Below are positions 1-15,500 of a DNA stretch of 64,000 nt, in pieces. The first letter of the stretch is position 1, and each line of letters begins with the position of its first letter. The notes under the pieces are model-generated. The model searched no databases and was not told the origin of the DNA. It was given only the letters and a program-made list of their open reading frames with translations. The stretch spans positions 40,052,001 to 40,116,000 of the forward strand of contig OZ024741.1 of NCBI GenBank assembly GCA_964016885.1. Direction: 5' to 3'. The DNA is from Eledone cirrhosa. Its lineage: Eukaryota. The position numbers were made by a program, and so were the translations under genes.

Positions 1-582
1 TTTTTTCGTTTTCTTCCTTTCTTCTCTCACCCTTTTGTCAATCTTTTCTTTTCTTCTTTCTCCCCCCCCCCCACCCTCTTTATTTTTATTTTTATTTTTA
101 TATATATATTTATCTCTCTATCCCCCCCTCTCTCTCTCTCTGCATCCCTCCCACTATAAACAATATAATTCTTTTTAACTCACTAGACTATAAATCGACG
201 ACATGAAGGCTACGTATCAAAACTGATCAAGGAATCCTTCCACCTCTACACCTCCATCCATCTCAGTTTGTCACTCTACTTCCTAACTCTTCTCCGCCTT
301 CCTCTCTCTCTATACTATTCCGTTTGTCCCCCCACTTTCTAATTCCTCCTCCTCTCTCTCTATACTAGTAAATACAATTCCAAAAAAATGTTTTTCTATA
401 TATTAAGAACTTTTTAAAAGTAACTTACTCACTATTTTGAAAATTTGGACGTGAACAACAATTATTATTGAGTGGCTGCTATTTGCAGTATAGCAATATA
501 AGGTTGCACTTACCAATGAAACGGTCATAAATACCTGGATAAAATCCTTTTTTTAATGCTTACCTGTGTTTTCTCTTTTATA

Positions 583-628
<46 letters not shown>

Positions 629-780
629 GGATTGGTGCTCTGAAATAGCGATGTATACATGAATGTATGTATAGTATATATATACCGTATGTTTAATTAA
701 AAACAGTTAGAAGACCTTACGTAATCAGTTTTAAAGTAGTGACTATATCACTTACTCTTTTCGGTGAAAGAAGGGACAGA

Positions 781-822
781 AGCTGACAGTCTGTTTCCCG
801 TTGATTGGCGATCATCAGAGCT
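781..822 (-). ncRNA. Minimal type I hammerhead ribozyme, probably from a Penelope-like pLTR fragment (~625-985) between (TA)n tracts
   Basis: Minus strand reads agct-CUGAUGA-ucg(ccaaucaa)cgg-GAAA-cag(a)cug-UC-agcu. Core intact, 4-bp stem I, 3-bp stem II (one U-G), near-palindromic stem III, GUC cleavage triplet. Confidence 0.7.
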
Positions 823-980
823 ACGCACCCCCCTGCTTCCGCCGAAAATTATAGAAGCTGGATTCTTATAGAATTCCAATAATAATCAGAAGCTGATCAT
901 ACAGAGCGATTGCCGGTCCAACAAAAATTAGGTATTAGGATTGGGGTCCCTGAAAATCTATACATTCATGTAAACATCGG

Positions 981-1064
<84 letters not shown>

Positions 1065-1069
<5 letters not shown>

Positions 1070-1313
1070 GAAATCGAAAATGCAACTGGAGTCTTATTTT
1101 TCAAAAAATATATATATTTATTTGGTTCCTTTACCGGTTTCGTAGTTCTTCTGCTTTTCAAAAGTAGAGTTGAGATGGAGGGTCTGTGGTTTTTCAAAAA
1201 ACACAGACCCTCCAAGACTCCAGTTGCATTTTCGATTTCATCTTTTTTTCTTTATACTTTCACTCGTGTAGGACACCTCGGTTATTTTTCATTTTGTAAA
1301 AAAAAAACCTCAC

Positions 1314-1320
<7 letters not shown>
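1065..1320. mobile_element. Fold-back PLE-like mini-element (family B), with a deletion in one arm
   Basis: gatgaaatcgaaaatgcaactggagtctt (~1067-1095) is inverted at ~1214-1242, with an inner hairpin ggagggtctgtg/cacagaccctcc. Same sequence as 32278-32615. Flanked by (TA)n/(GA)n. Confidence 0.7.
1128..1165 (-). ncRNA. Hammerhead ribozyme-like motif, U3-A8 core variant, one stem II mismatch
   Basis: Minus strand: cuu-UUGAAAA-gcag(aagaa)cuac-GAAA-ccgg-UA-aag. Homologous to 32507-32544. Confidence 0.5.
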
Positions 1321-1358
<38 letters not shown>

Positions 1359-1464
1359 CACCATACAAATGTGTCTTCTATTGACCAATATGTTGTGAGT
1401 GAAATTTGTTGGTTTGTTGGACTGTTACTATCCGTTGCATATATATATGTGTTTCTGTTTGTGT

Positions 1465-1636
1465 AGAGAGATAGAGACAGAGAGAGGGAGATAGTGTGTG
1501 TGTGTATGTTCCTGCGTGTGTGTCTGTGTGCGTCTGAGAGAGAGAGAGACAGAGGGAGAGAGAGAGAGTGTGTGTCTGTGTGCGTCTGAGAGAGAGAGAC
1601 AGAGGGAGAGAGAGAGAGTGTGTGTGTGTGTGTTCC

Positions 1637-1708
<72 letters not shown>

Positions 1709-1710
1709 CC

Positions 1711-1749
<39 letters not shown>

Positions 1750-1760
1750 CTGCGTGTCTA
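1465..1760. repeat. Compound (GA)n/(GT)n microsatellite
   Basis: Direct inspection; includes a duplicated ~50-bp compound unit. Confidence 0.95.
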
Positions 1761-1989
1761 TGTTTCTGTGTTTCTGTTTGCAATTTTGTGTTCATCTTCC
1801 GAATGATCAGAGAAAGGAAATTTGGAAGAATGAGCAGTGGTCTGAAGGAATATAATAATCATAATATTGAAATTATTGTGTACCGTGCTCAGGTGCACTA
1901 CAACTCATCAAAGGTGCATGTATAGTACATAGAATAATATACAAATGTCAGGGAAATGAATAGTGTATGAGTCATGATATACATGTGTG

Positions 1990-2545
1990 CGTGTGTATGG
2001 ACGGGGAAACTAGGTGTAGTGTTAATGAATCTCAGGAAGCATGGAGGTTTAAAGGATGCAATGTCTCGACAGCTAATAACTGATGCGGGGTGTTTGTTCC
2101 ATGCTTCGGCAACTCTGAGCGTCAAAAAATGAGCGTGAAAAAATGTTTGTTGGCATGCCCACGTGTGTTAAACACATGGAAGTCAAAAAGGTACTCAGGG
2201 TTGTTGTTGGCAAGATGGTTAATAATTGTGTGGGTGTTTACCAAGTCAGTTGCCAGACGTCGGAGCTTCAATGTATCCATGCCCAGGGAATCAAGGCATT
2301 CAGAGTATGGTAGATGCCTGATGGAGATTATTTACTTGGTTGCACGTCCCTGAACAGTTTCCAGGAGGTTAATGTTCTGAGCAAGATAGGAGTTCCAGAC
2401 TGGTGATGCTTCGGCAACTCTGAGCGTGAAAAAATATTTCCGAAAGTCATGGGAGCTGTGCTGTTTTCTGACTTTGTTGAGATGCCCACGTGTGTTAGAC
2501 ACATGGAAAAGGTACTCAGGGTTGTTATTGGCAAGATGATTAATA
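1990..2545 (-). mobile_element. CR1/L2-group LINE, 3' fragment of ORF2, with an internal duplication
   Basis: Minus-strand translation gives RATK..I..IRHLPYSECLDSLGMDTLKLRRLATDL..NTRGH and TLRVAEAWNKHPASVISCRDIASFK, typical of the C-terminus of CR1/L2-type RT proteins. Segment ~2100-2230 is repeated at ~2407-2545. Contains stops. Confidence 0.75.
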
Positions 2546-2628
2546 ATTTTGTTGTAATATATTAGATATGTGGCTCATTTTCTGCAGGTGTTTCTGCTCA
2601 TTATTTTCGCTTCAAGTAGGGCAGTGTA

Positions 2629-2815
2629 TTGACAGTATCGGTACAGAGTCAGACGCCATGCTTTGCAGCATAGAGTTACGGTCCTTTATGGTCTGAGTTC
2701 AAATCCCGCCGAGGTAAACTTTGCCTTTCATCCTTTCGGGATCGATAAAATAAAGTACCAGTAATGCACTGTGATAATTGCTGGCCTTGTCCAAAAGTAG
2801 AAATAAGTATTTGCG
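2629..2815 (+). mobile_element. tRNA-derived SINE (octopus-type, Meta-like central domain)
   Basis: B-box gagttcaaatcc followed by gcctttcatcctttcgggatcgataaaataaagtaccag. Further copies at ~26580, 29500-30040 and 36760-36900. Confidence 0.8.
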
Positions 2816-2909
2816 CTTCAAGTAACAAACCCCCAAACGTATATTCCGTACAATCAACTGTATATATACGTATATATACATACACACACACGCGCAACCA
2901 TATATATAT

Positions 2910-3050
2910 ATAACGAAGGAAGTGTGGTAAGCAACCAGGTGAACCATAACGCACCACAGTACTCAATACTTTGGGTAGTAGAGTGGGTAATAGAAAAATG
3001 TTCAAGACCCCGACGACAGAGCTCAAGCCGTTTTGACGGCTATCCTTCAT
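2910..3050 (-). mobile_element. Family A short element in (TA)n, non-palindromic copy
   Basis: Homologous to 22691-22893, 32098-32240, 32642-32837 and 39994-40190. Confidence 0.75.
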
Positions 3051-3196
3051 ATTTATATGAGTACATATATATATATGAGTACACATTTGTGTTTTGTGGC
3101 TCACCACAGGATAGAACTCGTCATTCCGTTTAGATAACCGTCGTTGATGTTGAATCCCGTGGCTGGTCCAGGAATGCAGTAAAATATTAACGCGGC

Positions 3197-3240
<44 letters not shown>

Positions 3241-3336
3241 GGGGAGGGAGGGAGAGAGAGAAAGTATATGAGAGTTCTAAGTGTAGATAATCCCCAAATT
3301 TTCTATATGCAATCTTTTTGTCTCTCTCTCATCTCT

Positions 3337-3372
<36 letters not shown>

Positions 3373-3569
3373 CGATGTATCTCTCTATAGTTATGTACAT
3401 GTTCACATATACATACATACACGCCGCACAAATCTATACTCACACAGACACTGAAACACCCACAAAATATTCACATAATTACGCAACGCATAAATATACA
3501 TGATTATATATAAATGTATAAATATATCTATGTGTTCTTAGATGCACAAACACACACACCCAAACAGGC

Positions 3570-6500
3570 ATACACACACACACTCAAACATTTACAGCAA
3601 TACACACACAAACATTTACACCAATAAACACACACTCGAACATTTACAGCAATACACACACAAACATTTACAGCAATACACACACACTTGAACATTTACA
3701 GCAATACACACACAAACATTTACAGCAATACACACACACTCGAACATTTACAGCAATACACACACACTCAAACATTTACAGCAATACACACACAAACATT
3801 TACAACAATACACACACACTCAAACATTTACAGCAATACACACACTCAAACATTTACAGCAATACACACACACTCGAACATTTACAGCAATACACACACA
3901 AACATTTACAGCAATACACACACACTCGAACATTTACAGCTATACACACTCAAACATTTACAGCAATACACACACACTCAAACATTTACAGCAATACACA
4001 CACACTCGAACATTTACAGCAATACACACACACTCAAACATTTACAGCAATACACAAACACTCAAACATTTACAGCAATACACACACAAACATTTACAGC
4101 AATACACACACAAACATTTACAGCAATACACACACACTCAAACATTTACAGCAATACACACACACTGAAACATTTACAGCAATACACACACACTCAAACA
4201 TTTACAGCAATACACACACACTCAAACATTTACAGCAATACACACACAAACATTTACAGCAATACACACACACTCAAACATTTACAGCAATACACACACA
4301 CTCGAACGTTTACAGCAATACACACACACTCAAACATTTACAGCAATACACACACACTCAAACATTTACAGCAATACACACACAAACATTTACAGCAATA
4401 CACACACACTCAAACATTTACAGCAATACACACACAAACATTTACAGCAATACACACACAAACATTTACAGCAATACACACACAAACATTTACAGCAATA
4501 CACACACAAACATTTACAGCAATACACACACACTCGAACATTTACAGCAATACACACACAAACATTTACAGCAATACACACACAAACATTTACAGCAATA
4601 CACACACACTCAAACATTTACAGCAATACACACACAAACATTTACAGCAATACACACACACTCAAGCATTTACAGCAATACACACACACTCAAACATTTA
4701 CAGCAATACACACACACTCAAACATTTACAGCAATACACACACACTCAAACATTTACAGCAATACACATACACTCAAACATTTACAGCAATACACACACA
4801 AACATTTACAGCAATACACACACACTCAAACATTTACAGCAATACACACACACTCAAACATTTACAGCAATACACACACACTCAAACATTTACAGCAATA
4901 CACATACACTCAAACATTTACAGCAATACACACACAAACATTTACAGCAATACACACACACTCGAACATTTACAGCAATACACACACACTCGAACATTTA
5001 CAGCAATACACACACACTCAAACATTTACAGCAATACACACACACTCAAACATTTACAGCAATACACATACACTCAAACATTTACAGCAATACACACACA
5101 AACATTTACAGCAATACACACACACTCAAACATTTACAGCAATACACACACACTCAAACATTTACAGCAATACACACACACTCAAACATTTACAGCAATA
5201 CACATACACTCAAACATTTACAGCAATACACACACAAACATTTACAGCAATACACACACACTCGAACATTTACAGCAATACACACACACTCGAACATTTA
5301 CAGCAATACACACACACTCAAACATTTACAGCAATACACACACACTCGAACATTTACAGCAATACACACACACTCGAACATTTACAGCAATACACACACA
5401 CTCGAACATTTAGAGCAATACACACACAAACATTTACAGCAATACACACACACTCGAACATTTACAGCAATACACACATAAACATTTACAGCAATACACA
5501 CACACTCAAACATTTACAGCAATACACACACAAACATTTACAGCAATACACACACACTCAAACATTTACAACAATACACACACAAACATTTACAGCAATA
5601 CACACACACTCAAACATTTACAGCTATACACACACACTCAAACATTTACAGCAATACACACACACTCAAACATTTACAGCAATACACATACACTCAAACA
5701 TTTACAGCAATACACACACACTCAAACATTTACAGCAATACACACACACTCAAACATTTACAGCAATACACACACACTCAAACATTTACAGCAATACACA
5801 TACACTCAAACATTTACAGCAATACACACACAAACATTTACAGCAATACACACACACTCGAACATTTACAGCAATACACACACACTCGAACATTTACAGC
5901 AATACACACACACTCAAACATTTACAGCAATACACACACACTCGAACATTTACAGCAATACACACACACTCGAACATTTACAGCAATACACACACACTCG
6001 AACATTTACAGCAATACACACACAAACATTTACAGCAATACACACACACTCGAACATTTACAGCAATACACACACAAACATTTACAGCAATACACACACA
6101 CTCAAACATTTACAGCAATACACACACACTCAAACATTTACAGCAATACACATACACTCAAACATTTACAGCAATACACACACACTCGAACATTTACAGC
6201 AATACACACACACTCAAACATTTACAGCAATACACACACACTCGAACATTTACAGCAATACACACACACTCGAACATTTACAGCAATACACACATACTCG
6301 AACATTTAGAGCAATACACACACAAACATTTACAGCAATACACACACACTCGAACATTTACAGCAATACACACACAAACATTTACAGCAATACACACACA
6401 CTCAAACATTTACAGCAATACACACACAAACATTTACAGCAATACACACACACTCAAACATTTACAACAATACACACACAAACATTTACAGCAATACACA

Positions 6501-9500
6501 CACACTCAAACATTTACAGCTATACACACACACTCAAACATTTAGAGCAATACACACACACTCAAACATTTACAGCAATACACATACACTCAAACATTTA
6601 CAGCAATACACACACACTCAAACATTTACAGCAATACACACACACTCAAACATTTACAGCAATACACACACACTCAAACATTTACAGCAATACACATACA
6701 CTCAAACATTTACAGCAATACACACACAAACATTTACAGCAATACACACACACTCGAACATTTACAGCAATACACACACACTCGAACATTTACAGCAATA
6801 CACACACACTCAAACATTTACAGCAATACACACACACTCGAACATTTACAGCAATACACACACACTCAAACATTTACAGCAATACACACACACTCAAACA
6901 TTTACAGCAATACACACACAAACATTTACAGCAATACACACACACTCAAACATTTACAGCAATACACACACAAACATTTACAGCAATACACACACAAACA
7001 TTTACAGCAATACACACACAAACATTTACAGCAATACACACACACTCGAACATTTACAGCAATACACACACAAACATTTACAGCAATACACACACAAACA
7101 TTTATAGCAATACACAAACACTCAAACATTTACAGCAATACACACACAAACATTTACAGCAATACACACAGACTCAAGCATTTACAGCAATACACACACA
7201 CTCAAACATTTACAGCAATACACACACACTCAAACATTTACAGCAATACACACACACTCAAACATTTACAGCTATACACATACACTCAAACATTTACAGC
7301 AATACACACACAAACATTTACAGCAATACACACACACTCAAACATTTACAGCAATACACACACACTCAAACATTTACAGCAATACACACACACTCAAACA
7401 TTTACAGCAATACACATACACTCAAACATTTACAGCAATACACACACAAACATTTACAGCAATACACACACACTCGAACATTTACAGCAATACACACACA
7501 CTCGAACATTTACAGCAATACACACACACTCAAACATTTACAGCAATACACACACACTCAAACATTTACAGCAATACACATACACTCAAACATTTACAGC
7601 AATACACACACAAACATTTACAGCAATACACACACACTCAAACATTTACAGCAATACACACACACTCAAACATTTACAGCAATACACACACAAACATTTA
7701 CAGCAATACACACACAAACATTTACAGCAATACACACACAAACATTTACAGCAATACACACACACTCGAACATTTACAGCAATACACACACAAACATTTA
7801 CAGCAATACGCACACAAACATTTACAGCAATACACACACACTCAAACATTTACAGCAATACACACACAAACATTTACAGCAATACACACACACTCAAGCA
7901 TTTACAGCAATACACACACACTCAAACATTTACAGCAATACACACACACTCAAACATTTACAGCAATACACACACACTCAAACATTTACAGCAATACACA
8001 TACACTCAAACATTTACAGCAATACACACACAAACATTTACAGCAATACACACACACTCAAACATTTACAGCAATACACACACACTCAAACATTTACAGC
8101 AATACACACACACTCAAACATTTACAGCAATACACATACACTCAAACATTTACAGCAATACACACACAAACATTTACAGCAATACACACACACTCGAACA
8201 TTTACAGCAATACACACACACTCGAACATTTACAGCAATACACACACACTCAAACATTTACAGCAATACACACACACTCAAACATTTACAGCAATACACA
8301 TACACTCAAACATTTACAGCAATACACACACAAACATTTACAGCAATACACACACACTCAAACATTTACAGCAATACACACACACTCAAACATTTACAGC
8401 AATACACACACACTCAAACATTTACAGCAATACACATACACTCAAACATTTACAGCAATACACACACAAACATTTACAGCAATACACACACACTCGAACA
8501 TTTACAGCAATACACACACACTCGAACATTTACAGCAATACACACACACTCAAACATTTACAGCAATACACACACACTCGAACATTTACAGCAATACACA
8601 CACACTCGAACATTTACAGCAATACACACACACTCGAACATTTAGAGCAATACACACACAAACATTTACAGCAATACACACACACTCGAACATTTACAGC
8701 AATACACACATAAACATTTACAGCAATACACACACACTCAAACATTTACAGCAATACACACACAAACATTTACAGCAATACACACACACTCAAACATTTA
8801 CAACAATACACACACAAACATTTACAGCAATACACACACACTCAAACATTTACAGCTATACACACACACTCAAACATTTACAGCAATACACACACACTCA
8901 AACATTTACAGCAATACACATACACTCAAACATTTACAGCAATACACACACACTCAAACATTTACAGCAATACACACACACTCAAACATTTACAGCAATA
9001 CACACACACTCAAACATTTACAGCAATACACATACACTCAAACATTTACAGCAATACACACACAAACATTTACAGCAATACACACACACTCGAACATTTA
9101 CAGCAATACACACACACTCGAACATTTACAGCAATACACACACACTCAAACATTTACAGCAATACACACACACTCGAACATTTACAGCAATACACACACA
9201 CTCGAACATTTACAGCAATACACACACACTCGAACATTTACAGCAATACACACACAAACATTTACAGCAATACACACACACTCGAACATTTACAGCAATA
9301 CACACACAAACATTTACAGCAATACACACACACTCAAACATTTACAGCAATACACACACACTCAAACATTTACAGCAATACACATACACTCAAACATTTA
9401 CAGCAATACACACACACTCGAACATTTACAGCAATACACACACACTCAAACATTTACAGCAATACACACACACTCGAACATTTACAGCAATACACACACA

Positions 9501-12500
9501 CTCGAACATTTACAGCAATACACACATACTCGAACATTTAGAGCAATACACACACAAACATTTACAGCAATACACACACACTCGAACATTTACAGCAATA
9601 CACACACAAACATTTACAGCAATACACACACACTCAAACATTTACAGCAATACACACACAAACATTTACAGCAATACACACACACTCAAACATTTACAAC
9701 AATACACACACAAACATTTACAGCAATACACACACACTCAAACATTTACAGCTATACACACACACTCAAACATTTACAGCAATACACACACACTCAAACA
9801 TTTACAGCAATACACATACACTCAAACATTTACAGCAATACACACACACTCAAACATTTACAGCAATACACACACACTCAAACATTTACAGCAATACACA
9901 CACACTCAAACATTTACAGCAATACACATACACTCAAACATTTACAGCAATACACACACAAACATTTACAGCAATACACACACACTCGAACATTTACAGC
10001 AATACACACACACTCGAACATTTACAGCAATACACACACACTCAAACATTTACAGCAATACACACACACTCGAACATTTACAGCAATACACACACACTCA
10101 AACATTTACAGCAATACACACACACTCAAACATTTACAGCAATACACACACAAACATTTACAGCAATACACACACACTCAAACATTTACAGCAATACACA
10201 CACAAACATTTACAGCAATACACACACAAACATTTACAGCAATACACACACAAACATTTACAGCAATACACACACACTCGAACATTTACAGCAATACACA
10301 CACAAACATTTACAGCAATACACACACAAACATTTATAGCAATACACAAACACTCAAACATTTACAGCAATACACACACAAACATTTACAGCAATACACA
10401 CAGACTCAAGCATTTACAGCAATACACACACACTCAAACATTTACAGCAATACACACACACTCAAACATTTACAGCAATACACACACACTCAAACATTTA
10501 CAGCTATACACATACACTCAAACATTTACAGCAATACACACACAAACATTTACAGCAATACACACACACTCAAACATTTACAGCAATACACACACACTCA
10601 AACATTTACAGCAATACACACACACTCAAACATTTACAGCAATACACATACACTCAAACATTTACAGCAATACACACACAAACATTTACAGCAATACACA
10701 CACACTCGAACATTTACAGCAATACACACACACTCGAACATTTACAGCAATACACACACACTCAAACATTTACAGCAATACACACACACTCAAACATTTA
10801 CAGCAATACACATACACTCAAACATTTACAGCAATACACACACAAACATTTACAGCAATACACACACACTCAAACATTTACAGCAATACACACACACTCA
10901 AACATTTACAGCAATACACACACACTCAAACATTTACAGCAATACACATACACTCAAACATTTACAGCAATACACACACAAACATTTACAGCAATACACA
11001 CACACTCGAACATTTACAGCAATACACACACACTCGAACATTTACAGCAATACACACACACTCAAACATTTACAGCAATACACACACACTCGAACATTTA
11101 CAGCAATACACACACACTCGAACATTTACAGCAATACACACACACTCGAACATTTAGAGCAATACACACACAAACATTTACAGCAATACACACACACTCG
11201 AACATTTACAGCAATACACACACACTCGAACATTTACAGCAATACACACACACTCAAACATTTACAGCAATACACACACACTCAAACATTTACAGCAATA
11301 CACATACACTCAAACATTTACAGCAATACACACACAAACATTTACAGCAATACACACACACTCAAACATTTACAGCAATACACACACACTCAAACATTTA
11401 CAGCAATACACACACACTCAAACATTTACAGCAATACACATACACTCAAACATTTACAGCAATACACACACACTCAAACATTTACAGCAATACACACACA
11501 CTCAAACATTTACAGCAATACACATACACTCAAACATTTACAGCAATACACACACAAACATTTACAGCAATACACACACACTCAAACATTTACAGCAATA
11601 CACACACACTCAAACATTTACAGCAATACACACACACTCAAACATTTACAGCAATACACATACACTCAAACATTTACAGCAATACACACACAAACATTTA
11701 CAGCAATACACACACACTCGAACATTTACAGCAATACACACACACTCGAACATTTACAGCAATACACACACACTCAAACATTTACAGCAATACACACACA
11801 CTCAAACATTTACAGCAATACACATACACTCAAACATTTACAGCAATACACACACAAACATTTACAGCAATACACACACACTCAAACATTTACAGCAATA
11901 CACACACACTCAAACATTTACAGCAATACACACACACTCAAACATTTACAGCAATACACATACACTCAAACATTTACAGCAATACACACACAAACATTTA
12001 CAGCAATACACACACACTCGAACATTTACAGCAATACACACACACTCGAACATTTACAGCAATACACACACACTCAAACATTTACAGCAATACACACACA
12101 CTCGAACATTTACAGCAATACACACACACTCGAACATTTACAGCAATACACACACACTCGAACATTTAGAGCAATACACACACAAACATTTACAGCAATA
12201 CACACACACTCGAACATTTACAGCAATACACACACAAACATTTACAGCAATACACACACACTCAAACATTTACAGCAATACACACACAAACATTTACAGC
12301 AATACACACACACTCAAACATTTACAACAATACACACACAAACATTTACAGCAATACACACACACTCAAACATTTACAGCTATACACACACACTCAAACA
12401 TTTACAGCAATACACACACACTCAAATATTTACAGCAATACACATACACTCAAACATTTACAGCAATACACACACACTCAAACATTTACAGCAATACACA

Positions 12501-15500
12501 CACACTCAAACATTTACAGCAATACACACACACTCAAACATTTACAGCAATACACATACACTCAAACATTTACAGCATTACACACACAAACATTTACAGC
12601 AATACACACACACTCGAACATTTACAGCAATACACACACACTCGAACATTTACAGCAATACACACACACTCAAACATTTACAGCAATACACACACACTCG
12701 AACATTTACAGCAATACACACACACTCGAACATTTACAGCAATACACACACACTCGAACATTTACAGCAATACACACACAAACATTTACAGCAATACACA
12801 CACACTCGAACATTTACAGCAATACACACACAAACATTTACAGCAATACACACACACTCAAACATTTACAGCAATACACACACACTCAAACATTTACAGC
12901 AATACACATACACTCAAACATTTACAGCAATACACACACACTCGAACATTTACAGCAATACACACACACTCAAACATTTACAGCAATACACACACACTCG
13001 AACATTTACAGCAATACACACACACTCGAACATTTACAGCAATACACACATACTCGAACATTTAGAGCAATACACACACAAACATTTACAGCAATACACA
13101 CACACTCGAACATTTACAGCAATACACACACAAACATTTACAGCAATACACACACACTCAAACATTTACAGCAATACACACACAAACATTTACAGCAATA
13201 CACACACACTCAAACATTTACAACAATACACACACACTCAAACATTTACAGCAATACACACACACTCAAACATTTACAGCTATACACACACACTCAAACA
13301 TTTACAGCAATACACACACACTCAAACATTTACAGCAATACACATACACTCAAACATTTACAGCAATACACACACACTCAAACATTTACAGCAATACACA
13401 CACACTCAAACATTTACAGCAATACACACACACTCAAACATTTACAGCAATACACATACACTCAAACATTTACAGCAATACACACACAAACATTTACAGC
13501 AATACACACACACTCGAACATTTACAGCAATACACACACACTCGAACATTTACAGCAATACACACACACTCAAACATTTACAGCAATACACACACACTCG
13601 AACATTTACAGCAATACACACACACTCAAACATTTACAGCAATACACACACACTCAAACATTTACAGCAATACACACACAAACATTTACAGCAATACACA
13701 CACACTCAAACATTTACAGCAATACACACACAAACATTTACAGCAATACACACACAAACATTTACAGCAATACACACACAAACATTTACAGCAATACACA
13801 CACACTCGAACATTTACAGCAATACACACACAAACATTTACAGCAATACACACACAAACATTTACAGCAATACACACACACTCAAACATTTACAGCAATA
13901 CACACACAAACATTTACAGCAATACACACAGACTCAAGCATTTACAGCAATACACACACACTCAAACATTTACAGCAATACACACACACTCAAACATTTA
14001 CAGCAATACACACACACTCAAACATTTACAGCAATACACATACACTCAAACATTTACAGCAATACACACACAAACATTTACAGCAATACACACACACTCA
14101 AACATTTACAGCAATACACACACACTCAAACATTTACAGCAATACACACACACTCAAACATTTACAGCAATACACATACACTCAAACATTTACAGCAATA
14201 CACACACAAACATTTACAGCAATACACACACACTCGAACATTTACAGCAATACACACACACTCGAACATTTACAGCAATACACACACACTCAAACATTTA
14301 CAGCAATACACACACACTCAAACATTTACAGCAATACACATACACTCAAACATTTACAGCAATACACACACAAACATTTACAGCAATACACACACACTCA
14401 AACATTTACAGCAATACACACACACTCAAACATTTACAGCAATACACACACACTCAAACATTTACAGCAATACACACACACTCAAACATTTACAGCAATA
14501 CACATACACTCAAACATTTACAGCAATACACACACAAACATTTACAGCAATACACACACACTCAAACATTTACAGCAATACACACACAAACATTTACAGC
14601 AATACACACACACTCAAACATTTACAGCAATACACACACACTCAAACATTTACAGCAATACACACACACTCAAACATTTACAGCAATACACATACACTCA
14701 AACATTTACAGCAATACACACACAAACATTTACAGCAATACACACACACTCGAACATTTACAGCAATACACACACACTCGAACATTTACAGCAATACACA
14801 CACACTCAAACATTTACAGCAATACACACACACTCAAACATTTACAGCAATACACATACACTCAAACATTTACAGCAATACACACACAAACATTTACAGC
14901 AATACACACACACTCAAACATTTACAGCAATACACACACACTCAAACATTTACAGCAATACACACACACTCAAACATTTACAGCAATACACATACACTCA
15001 AACATTTACAGCAATACACACACAAACATTTACAGCAATACACACACACTCGAACATTTACAGCAATACACACACACTCGAACATTTACAGCAATACACA
15101 CACACTCAAACATTTACAGCAATACACACACACTCGAACATTTACAGCAATACACACACACTCGAACATTTACAGCAATACACACACACTCGAACATTTA
15201 GAGCAATACACACACAAACATTTACAGCAATACACACACACTCGAACATTTACAGCAATACACACACAAACATTTACAGCAATACACACACACTCAAACA
15301 TTTACAGCAATACACACACAAACATTTACAGCAATACACACACAGTCAAACATTTACAACAATACACACACAAACATTTACAGCAATACACACACACTCA
15401 AACATTTACAGCTATACACACACACTCAAACATTTACAGCAATACACACACACTCAAACATTTACAGCAATACACATACACTCAAACATTTACAGCAATA

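Noticed and set aside
420-590. Cluster of minus-strand splice donor-like motifs, possibly micro-exons
   Set aside because: Implied introns are too short and acceptors are weak; expected by chance in AT-rich DNA.
1750-1845. Possible minus-strand exon (acceptor tattccttcag)
   Set aside because: Weak donor, stop in the frame matching the upstream phase-1 exon, and no recognisable peptide.
2680-2720. tRNA gene
   Set aside because: The B-box belongs to a SINE head; no cloverleaf can be built.
3688-5481. 597-aa ORF and repeated 67-75 aa Cys-rich ORFs in the minisatellite
   Set aside because: Units of 24 and 28 bp switch frame constantly; the ORFs result from stop-poor repeat sequence.
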